This document shows positions 16,846 to 24,000 of a stretch of 24,000 nt of DNA, piece after piece; within the stretch, counting starts at the first letter, position 1; each line of letters opens with the position of its first letter. This stretch comes from Salinimicrobium xinjiangense DSM 19287 (GTDB lineage Bacteria; Bacteroidota; Bacteroidia; Flavobacteriales; Flavobacteriaceae). A program made the position numbers and the translations under genes. The notes beneath the pieces were generated by a model. It was not told the DNA's origin and made no database searches. It saw only the letters and a list, made by a program, of their open reading frames with translations. The stretch is from positions 36,196 through 60,195 of the forward strand of contig NZ_AUIG01000025.1 in the NCBI RefSeq assembly GCF_000423585.1, read 5' to 3'.

Positions 16846-18240
16846 TTAATAGTGATAATGCTCACTTTCCTTCATAAAAGGATTTCTCTTAGCCAATAAG
16901 GGGACTTTTGTAAGCGAATTGAAAACTACAAAAATAAACAATCCTCCAAAAAATGCCAGTCCACTTAACTCAGGAATACCTATAAACCAGGATTCACCCA
17001 CGGTTGCCGGCATTACCATTACATACACATCCAGATAGTGGCCTAAAAGGATAATTATTCCGGTCATTACCACAAACCAGTTCACTCGTTTGAAGTCACT
17101 ATTCATTAACAGTAAAAGGGGAAAGATAAAATTTAAGGCTACCATTCCAAAGAATACCAGTCCATAATCTTCTATTCTGGAAACGAAGTAGGTAACCTCC
17201 TCCGGAATGTTGGAATACCAGATCAACATAAACTGAGAGAACCAAAGATAAGTCCAGAAAATACTTATCCCGAACATAAATTTCGCCAGGTCATGAATAT
17301 GACTGTCGTTTACAAAAGGCAGGTAATTCCGTGACTTAAGGTAGATTGTTACCAGGGCAATTACTGTAATTCCCGAAACAAACATACTGGAGAATACATA
17401 CCATCCAAACAAGGTGCTAAACCAGTGCGGATCAAGACTCATGATCCAGTCCCAGGACATCATCGATTCAGTAACTATAAAGAACACAAGGAATCCTGCA
17501 GCAAGTTTGAAGTTTTTCTTAAACCATCTGTTATCTGTTGCGTCATCCTGTCTCAAGGAATTTCTTCTCATTAGATATCGGAAAAGGTTCCAGCCGGCGA
17601 TATAAATTGCAGCTCTTATAAGAAAGAAAGGAACATTAAGATATCCGCTTTTGTTACGTATGATCTCATCGTGTTCAACTACTTCGGGATCCATCCATAC
17701 AAAAAGGTGGTTGAGGTGTAATCCAGACAGAGCCAGGATCACAAATACTATGATACTACCGGGGAGCAGGTAAGCAGTAATGCCCTCCATAACTCTGAAA
17801 AGAACAGGAGACCATCCCGCCTGGGCGGCATATTGTACTGCGTAGAAGGCAAGAACTCCAAGTGCGATCATAAAGAAAAAGAATGCAGCAACATATAAGG
17901 CAGCCCATGGTTTGTTTTGTAATTGATGTAGAACATGCTCCAGGTGTTCCTGTTCATGGTCATCACCGGCTTTTATACTGGTATGCTCATCTGTACGTTC
18001 TGTATTTATTTCATGTTCTGAAGGCACAAAATCAAAGCCTTTTGCATCATCTTCCAGGTGATCTTCTGCCTGCCCCGTAATAGGTACATGTTCCTCTCCA
18101 TGTCCCCCATGAGATGCTATTATTTCTTTTACATCTTCTATGGAATCAGGCGCCGCAATAAATCCGTAGACCAAGCCCAACAGACCTACCACCATAAGAA
18201 TGATAGAAAATAATTTTAATTTACTGGATAGCGTGTACAT
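16846..18240 (-). CDS. actF: Alternative Complex III subunit ActF (quinol:cytochrome c oxidoreductase membrane subunit)
   Basis: 464-aa polytopic ORF with 'MMSWDWIMSLDPHWFSTLFGWYVFSSMFVSG' and 'LAKFMFGISIFWTYLWFSQFMLIWYSNIPEE'; position in the act operon. Confidence 0.92.
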   Translation of the reverse strand: MYTLSSKLKLFSIILMVVGLLGLVYGFIAAPDSIEDVKEIIASHGGHGEEHVPITGQAEDHLEDDAKGFDFVPSEHEINTERTDEHTSIKAGDDHEQEHLEHVLHQLQNKPWAALYVAAFFFFMIALGVLAFYAVQYAAQAGWSPVLFRVMEGITAYLLPGSIIVFVILALSGLHLNHLFVWMDPEVVEHDEIIRNKSGYLNVPFFLIRAAIYIAGWNLFRYLMRRNSLRQDDATDNRWFKKNFKLAAGFLVFFIVTESMMSWDWIMSLDPHWFSTLFGWYVFSSMFVSGITVIALVTIYLKSRNYLPFVNDSHIHDLAKFMFGISIFWTYLWFSQFMLIWYSNIPEEVTYFVSRIEDYGLVFFGMVALNFIFPLLLLMNSDFKRVNWFVVMTGIIILLGHYLDVYVMVMPATVGESWFIGIPELSGLAFFGGLFIFVVFNSLTKVPLLAKRNPFMKESEHYHY

Positions 18241-18263
18241 ATTGTATAATATCTAATGTGCTG

Positions 18264-18938
18264 TTATTCTTGAGTTTCATCAATTGATTCATTTGCCGAC
18301 TCATCTTCCTTTACCTCCATGGTCTTTTCGGCATTTACGGGTGGAATGAGATCTTCTTCAGCTTCAAATTCCATTTCGGGGCCTCCCTCAAGATTATTCT
18401 TGAGATTCATTACGTAATGAGTAATGAGCCAACGTTCCTCAATAGAAGTCTGTGAAGCGTAGGATCCCATTGCGTTAAGGCCGTAATATTGTACATGATA
18501 AACTCCACCTTCAGTAATCGCTCTTCCTGCATCATCAAACCGGGGAATACCCAGGATCTTCTCTCTTTGCACCAAAATTCCCTGTCCATCTCCTTTGTCC
18601 CCGTGACATACCGCACAATAAACAGTAAACAGAGCTTTTCCCCTGGCAAGGTTCTTTTCGGTATATGGCAGCGGATTGGTAAGCTCTGCCTTGGCGGCAG
18701 CAAAACCTTCAGGATCATTTTCGTACTCGTATGGTCTCCAGCCTCTCGAAACAGTACCTTCCACAGGAAGTTTAGCCGACTGTTCATTGACGAAGACATC
18801 GTAAGCTCCATATGGTTCATAGCTCACAGTTTCGTGCATATTAGGCATATACTGGTAATTGGGCTTAGAGTTATCCATACAGGAAACAACACTAAGACCA
18901 AGCATGAATAATATGGATTTTCTAAATAAACTTTTCAT
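18264..18938 (-). CDS. actE: Alternative Complex III subunit ActE, lipoprotein-type monohaem cytochrome c
   Basis: 224-aa ORF; lipobox-like LGLSVVSCMDN, haem-binding CAVCHGDKGDGQG; operon context. Confidence 0.9.
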   Translation of the reverse strand: MKSLFRKSILFMLGLSVVSCMDNSKPNYQYMPNMHETVSYEPYGAYDVFVNEQSAKLPVEGTVSRGWRPYEYENDPEGFAAAKAELTNPLPYTEKNLARGKALFTVYCAVCHGDKGDGQGILVQREKILGIPRFDDAGRAITEGGVYHVQYYGLNAMGSYASQTSIEERWLITHYVMNLKNNLEGGPEMEFEAEEDLIPPVNAEKTMEVKEDESANESIDETQE

Positions 18939-18943
18939 CGGGT

Positions 18944-19471
18944 TTATTTGTTATCTATTAATTTAATTTCTGAAGCTCCAGTCTTAAATAAAAAGTCGGT
19001 TAGCTCCTCTGCATCGTGATTCCCTAAAACTACCTCCATAAGGAAATGATCGTCTGTAGTTCTTACGTCCGGATTTTCAGCATTCTTAAAAGGCCACAGT
19101 TTACTTCTCATAAAGAAGGTAAAAACCATTAAGTGAGCCGCAAAGAATACAGTCAATTCGAACATAATAGGAACAAAGGCCGGCATATTCTGAAGAAAGC
19201 TAAAGCTTGGTTTTCCACCAATATCCATTGGCCAGTCTTCTATCATTATAAAATTCATCATGGCAATGGATACCAGAAGACCAATGATCCCATAAATAAA
19301 AGAGGTTATTGCCAGCCTGGTTGGAGCAAGTCCCATGGCTTTATCAAGACCATGTACCGGAAACGGAGTATAGATCTCTCCAATTCTGTAACGGGCTTCC
19401 CTTACCTGCCTTACTGCCTGCATTAGCAAGTCATCATCTGTATAAAGGGCGTGTATAACTTTAGATGCCAT
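18944..19471 (-). CDS. actD: Alternative Complex III subunit ActD (DUF3341)
   Basis: 175-aa ORF; 'YTPFPVHGLDKAMGLAPTRLAITSFIYGIIGL', 'MIEDWPMDIGGKPSFSFLQNMPAFVPIMFELTVFFAAH'; operon context. Confidence 0.93.
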   Translation of the reverse strand: MASKVIHALYTDDDLLMQAVRQVREARYRIGEIYTPFPVHGLDKAMGLAPTRLAITSFIYGIIGLLVSIAMMNFIMIEDWPMDIGGKPSFSFLQNMPAFVPIMFELTVFFAAHLMVFTFFMRSKLWPFKNAENPDVRTTDDHFLMEVVLGNHDAEELTDFLFKTGASEIKLIDNK

Positions 19472-19473
19472 TA

Positions 19474-21261
19474 TTATTTATTTTTAAGTTGGTTTGCCTG
19501 ATGGTTCCAGTCACCGCGGTTTTCGGCTGTTGGGAAATTGTCAATAACCCTGTCAAGCAATGTATAGTCGTCGAATGTAAGTCCGCTCACCTGTGAGTAA
19601 GTATAAATACCAACCTGGTGAAGCTTTTGTTCCATAACAGGACCTACTCCGTTTAATTTCTGAAGGTCATCTGCATGTTGAGTTGCCGGATCAAAAACTC
19701 CGATCCTGTGCAACATCTCATCAATTTTGTCTTTATCAACTTCGGAATCTGTCAGACCTTCTGTGTGAGTTGTAGGCTCATGTTCCTTTTTCTGATCGTA
19801 TTCATCTCTTTTGATCCATCCTCCCTCTACATTAGAAACAGGTTCTCTCACGATAGTATTTGTGTGATCTGCATGATCTCCATGCTCTTCACGTAATTTT
19901 TTATAACGGTCGCCCGAAGATTTAAGAATGGTCTTCACCTCTGCCTGTGCAATTACAGGGAAGGTTCTGGCATAAAGCAGGAACAGAACAAAGAAGAACC
20001 CTATCGTTCCAATGAAGATCCCTATATCTACAAAAGTTGGCGAGAACATAGTCCAGGAAGACGGAAGGTAATCCCTGTGAAGTGAAGTCACAATGATCAC
20101 AAAACGTTCAAACCACATTCCTATGTTTACCACAATAGAAATAAAGAAAGAGAACATAATACTGGTACGTAATTTTTTGAACCACATGAACTGCGGTGAA
20201 AATACGTTACAGGTCATCATCGCCCAGTAAGCCCACGCATAAGGTCCTGTAGCACGGTTAAGGAAAGCATATTGTTCGTACTCCACTCCGGAATACCAGG
20301 CCATAAATAATTCAGTAATATATGCGACACCCACGATGGAACCTGTGATCATAATTACAATGTTCATCAATTCGATGTGCTGTATAGTGATATAATCTTC
20401 AAGATTGGAAACCTTTCTCATGATAATGAGAAGTGTATTCACCATTGCAAACCCCGAGAAAATAGCTCCCGCAACGAAGTAGGGAGGGAAAATGGTAGTA
20501 TGCCATCCGGGAATTACCGAAGTTGCAAAGTCAAAGGATACAATAGTGTGTACAGAAAGTACAAGTGGAGTTGCCAAACCTGCCAAAACCAAAGAAACTT
20601 CTTCGAATCGCTGCCAGTCTTTTGCACGACCACTCCAGCCAAAACTGAGGATTCCGTAGATATGTTTTTGGAATGGCTTTATGGCCCTGTCCCTGATCAT
20701 TGCAAAATCCGGAAGAAGCCCTGTCCACCAGAATACTAGGGAAACAGAAAGATAAGTAGAGATAGCAAATACGTCCCAAAGCAGCGGGGAGTTAAAGTTC
20801 ACCCAAAGCGAACCGAACTGGTTAGGAATAGGTAATACCCAGTAAGCGAGCCATGGCCGTCCCATGTGAATAATTGGGAACAAACCTGCCTGAACTACCG
20901 AGAAAATGGTCATAGCCTCTGCAGACCGGTTAATTGCCATTCTCCATTTTTGGCGGAAAAGAAGAAGTACTGCCGAGATAAGTGTTCCCGCGTGGCCGAT
21001 ACCTACCCACCAAACAAAGTTAGTGATATCCCAGGCCCAACCTACGGTCCTGTTCAATCCCCATGTACCAATTCCCGTAGAAACGGTATATATAATACAA
21101 CCTAATCCCCAAAGGAAAGCTACCAGTGCAATAGAGAAAACAATCCACCATGACTTATTGGCCCGTCCTTCAACAGGGGCAGCCACATCTCTCGTGACAT
21201 CATGATAAGTCTTATCGCCAAGTACTAAAGGCTTTCGAATAGGTGCTTCGTAATGAGACAT
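19474..21261 (-). CDS. actC: Alternative Complex III subunit ActC (NrfD/PsrC-like membrane protein) with a C-terminal HhH-like extension
   Basis: 595-aa ORF; 'GIGHAGTLISAVLLLFRQKWRMAINRSAEAMTIFSVVQAGLFPIIHMGRPW' and multiple TM segments; C-terminus 'DLQKLNGVGPVMEQKLHQVGIYTYSQVSGL'. Confidence 0.94.
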   Translation of the reverse strand: MSHYEAPIRKPLVLGDKTYHDVTRDVAAPVEGRANKSWWIVFSIALVAFLWGLGCIIYTVSTGIGTWGLNRTVGWAWDITNFVWWVGIGHAGTLISAVLLLFRQKWRMAINRSAEAMTIFSVVQAGLFPIIHMGRPWLAYWVLPIPNQFGSLWVNFNSPLLWDVFAISTYLSVSLVFWWTGLLPDFAMIRDRAIKPFQKHIYGILSFGWSGRAKDWQRFEEVSLVLAGLATPLVLSVHTIVSFDFATSVIPGWHTTIFPPYFVAGAIFSGFAMVNTLLIIMRKVSNLEDYITIQHIELMNIVIMITGSIVGVAYITELFMAWYSGVEYEQYAFLNRATGPYAWAYWAMMTCNVFSPQFMWFKKLRTSIMFSFFISIVVNIGMWFERFVIIVTSLHRDYLPSSWTMFSPTFVDIGIFIGTIGFFFVLFLLYARTFPVIAQAEVKTILKSSGDRYKKLREEHGDHADHTNTIVREPVSNVEGGWIKRDEYDQKKEHEPTTHTEGLTDSEVDKDKIDEMLHRIGVFDPATQHADDLQKLNGVGPVMEQKLHQVGIYTYSQVSGLTFDDYTLLDRVIDNFPTAENRGDWNHQANQLKNK

Positions 21262-21293
21262 ATGCTTTTATAATTGATTCTTTAATTTATTTA

Positions 21294-24000
21294 TTATGCT
21301 TCAGATGTATTACGGACCTTAGTCTGGTACATCACATTTGGCTTGGTACCAACATACTCCAGAGCATGGTACATCCTGTCATCCTCACTTAAAGCAGCTA
21401 TCTGGCTGGTTTCATCATTCACATCTCCAAAGATAATCGCACCTTTGTCACAGGCCGAAGAACAGGCAGTCTGGAATTCTCCGTCTGCAATAGCCCTACC
21501 TTCACGCTTGGCGTCAAGAATAGTTTTTTGAGTACGCTGTATACAGAAAGAACATTTCTCCATCACCCCTCTTGACCTTACGGTAACATCGGGATTCAAC
21601 ACCATACGACCAAGGTCGTTATTCATGTTGTAATCAAATTCGTCGTTCTTGTTATAAAGGAACCAGTTGAACCTTCTTACTTTGTAAGGACAGTTGTTTG
21701 CACAGTAGCGTGTACCAACACATCTGTTATAGATCATCTGGTTTTGTCCCTGGCGCCCGTGCATGGTAGCAGCAACAGGACAAACAGTTTCACAAGGGGC
21801 GTGGTTACAATGCTGACACAACATTGGCTGGAATACCACCTGCGGATTGTCTGATGCCATTTCCAGTTCTCCAAACTGAGAAAGCGCATCTCCCAGTCCG
21901 CTCATATTATCTTTCTTATCAATATCCTCCTGGAAAGTATCTTCAGAAGAATAGTAACGGTCAATTCTCAACCAGTGCATATCGCGGTACTTGCGCACCT
22001 CTTCTTTTCCTACTACAGGAACATTGTTTTCTGCATGACATGCAATCACACAGGCACCACAACCTGTACAGGCATTAAGATCTATCGACATCTTAAAATG
22101 ATGTCCTACAGAACGATCAAAGCCATCCCAAAGATCAACATCTGGTGAAGTAACAGGAGTTTCTATGTGGTTAAGTGAAACCTGAGGCATAGAATTCCAT
22201 ACATGTGAATCCTGACTATTGAAGATCTCAAGGGTGGTTTCCTTAACAATATCCTCTCTACCCATTAGGGTTGTATGCAGCTGAAGACAGGCAAACTTAT
22301 GCACTCCTCCCGCTTTTTCTATAGTAACTTTTTGATGAGGATTAAAATCCTTATAAAGAGGATAGGCGTTAACCCCTACCTGCATCTCACGTTGGATGCC
22401 CTCTTTTTTACCGTAACCCAAGGCAAGAGAAACAACTCCCCTGGCCTGTCCCGGCTGAATAAATACAGGAACTTTTTCAAGAACCGTATCTCCCACTTTT
22501 ATATTAACATAACTACCGTTCAATGCACCATTAGCCACGTGCTCGTTTTCAAGACCCAGCGCATCTGCGTCTGCCCTTGAAATTTTAAGGTAGTTATCCC
22601 ATGAAGCTCTTGTAATAGGATCGGGCATTTCCTGTAACCATGGATTGTTAGCCTGGTTACCACTACCCATTGCAACAGAAGTATACAACTCCAGCTCCAA
22701 ACCTTCTCCCTTTGCTGCAGAAAGATTTCTTACTGCAGTATTGTCATTACCCACTTGTGGCGCAGCTCCTTCAGTAGCTGAAACAGGAGAAGTACCTGCA
22801 GGCGCAGTTCCTTCAAATACACCATCATGGAGCGCATCGGTCCAGGAGCCATTCCCTATAGATCCTTCCCAGGTTTGTTTAAGGTAATCTACGTATGAAG
22901 TATTGTTATCACTCCATCTTAAAAGCGTATCCTGGAATTGGCTTGTATCAAATAAAGGTCGGATGGTAGGCTGCATAAGACCAAAGGAATTGGTCGTAAA
23001 CTGCACATCTCCCCAGCTTTCAAGGTAGTGAGGTGTTGCCGCAACATAATCAGACAAAAGTGCCGTTTCATCCTTCTTCATTGAGAAGGAAACTTTTAGA
23101 TCTATATTATTAAGACCCTCGATAAACTCATCGGCAAATGGCAAACTGTATGCAGGATTAACACCAGCTACAAGGATCGCCCCAACACTCCCGGCTTTCA
23201 TATCAGCAACGAGTTGCTTAACCTGGGCAGCGTTACCCTGCCTCATCATTCTTGGATTGGCAGTATCCATTACTCCGCTTCCAAGGGATTCATTCATAGA
23301 AAGCACAAGAGACTGAGCATCTACATCGGGAATACCTGAAACTACAACCGCACCCCTACCTGCTTTTCGCAGTTGACGCGCAGCTTTAACAAGTGCATCA
23401 TCAATATGCGCCGGAAGATCACTAGTAGAAGAACCACCTGTCACATATCCATGAAGGGCAGCAAGAGCAGCTCTTTGTTGTGAAAGAGTTAATGGAACTC
23501 TTTTATCGGCGTTGGCTCCCGTAAGGGAGAAATTAGATTCAAACTGAATGTGACGGGACATTTTTCCTTCCTGCGGAATACGACCCTTAGCGTAGGCGGC
23601 ATCGTATCCACCCCCGGCCCAATCTCCAAGGAAATCGGCACCAATAGAAACTATCATTTCAGCTTTTGAGAAATCATAGTTTGGAAGGGCTCTTCTTCCG
23701 TAGCGCGACTGGAAAGCATCCAGCGCTGCATCTTCAGAAACAGTGTCATATACCACATGACGTACATTGCCGTACTTCTGAGAAAATTCATTAATGATCT
23801 TTGTGGTAGAAGGACTTGCAAAGGTTTGGGTCAATAATACGATCTGACCATTCACACTGTTAAGTTTCTCTTTTACCTCACGATCCAATTGCTCCCAGGA
23901 AACCACTTCCCCGTTAGCAAGCGGCCTTTGAAGCCTTTTATTATCATAAAGGGATAAAACAGAGGCGTGCACACGTGCATTTGCTCCTGTATTACCCATT
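21294..24000 (-). CDS. actB: Alternative Complex III subunit ActB (molybdopterin-oxidoreductase-like plus Fe-S domain), 5'-truncated by the right window edge
   Basis: ORF 21294..23999, with the frame still open at the window edge; 4Fe-4S motifs CTGCGACVIACHAENN, CQHCNHAPCETVCP, CVGTRYCANNCPYKVRRFNW, CSFCIQRTQKT. N-terminus begins mid-protein (MGNTGANARVHASVLSLYDNKRLQRP), typically preceded in this family by a TAT-signal region. Confidence 0.94.
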   Translation of the reverse strand, partial: MGNTGANARVHASVLSLYDNKRLQRPLANGEVVSWEQLDREVKEKLNSVNGQIVLLTQTFASPSTTKIINEFSQKYGNVRHVVYDTVSEDAALDAFQSRYGRRALPNYDFSKAEMIVSIGADFLGDWAGGGYDAAYAKGRIPQEGKMSRHIQFESNFSLTGANADKRVPLTLSQQRAALAALHGYVTGGSSTSDLPAHIDDALVKAARQLRKAGRGAVVVSGIPDVDAQSLVLSMNESLGSGVMDTANPRMMRQGNAAQVKQLVADMKAGSVGAILVAGVNPAYSLPFADEFIEGLNNIDLKVSFSMKKDETALLSDYVAATPHYLESWGDVQFTTNSFGLMQPTIRPLFDTSQFQDTLLRWSDNNTSYVDYLKQTWEGSIGNGSWTDALHDGVFEGTAPAGTSPVSATEGAAPQVGNDNTAVRNLSAAKGEGLELELYTSVAMGSGNQANNPWLQEMPDPITRASWDNYLKISRADADALGLENEHVANGALNGSYVNIKVGDTVLEKVPVFIQPGQARGVVSLALGYGKKEGIQREMQVGVNAYPLYKDFNPHQKVTIEKAGGVHKFACLQLHTTLMGREDIVKETTLEIFNSQDSHVWNSMPQVSLNHIETPVTSPDVDLWDGFDRSVGHHFKMSIDLNACTGCGACVIACHAENNVPVVGKEEVRKYRDMHWLRIDRYYSSEDTFQEDIDKKDNMSGLGDALSQFGELEMASDNPQVVFQPMLCQHCNHAPCETVCPVAATMHGRQGQNQMIYNRCVGTRYCANNCPYKVRRFNWFLYNKNDEFDYNMNNDLGRMVLNPDVTVRSRGVMEKCSFCIQRTQKTILDAKREGRAIADGEFQTACSSACDKGAIIFGDVNDETSQIAALSEDDRMYHALEYVGTKPNVMYQTKVRNTSEA

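Overview
This looks like a chromosomal segment of a Flavobacteriaceae/Bacteroidota genome, with essentially all real genes on the minus strand. In minus-strand (transcription) order from the right edge it holds: (1) an Alternative Complex III / cytochrome c oxidase operon, actB (5'-truncated by the window)-actC-actD-actE-actF-coxB(COX2)-coxA(COX1), ending at a strong intrinsic terminator; (2) ruvB; (3) a small REP-associated tyrosine transposase (RAYT, Y1/IS200-like) gene bracketed by two inverted 33-nt imperfect palindromes; (4) a cytochrome P450; (5) a berberine-bridge-like FAD oxidoreductase; (6) queG; (7) a secreted GH37 trehalase; (8) a cluster of three short palindromes; (9) maeB (malic enzyme with phosphotransacetylase-like domain), followed by a terminator; (10) ruvA; (11) the 5' part of sprA (gliding/type IX secretion), running off the left edge and apparently starting at a non-ATG codon. 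I found no convincing undescribed multi-gene system. The most interesting signals are the RAYT with its REP-like pair (including a compensatory stem change), the triple palindrome array between the trehalase and maeB genes (which also supplies the trehalase stop codon), a helix-hairpin-helix-like C-terminal extension on ActC, His/acid-rich tails on ActF and COX1, and the hairpins between the P450 and FAD oxidoreductase genes. All family assignments come from recognised motifs in the translated sequence; no database search was run.
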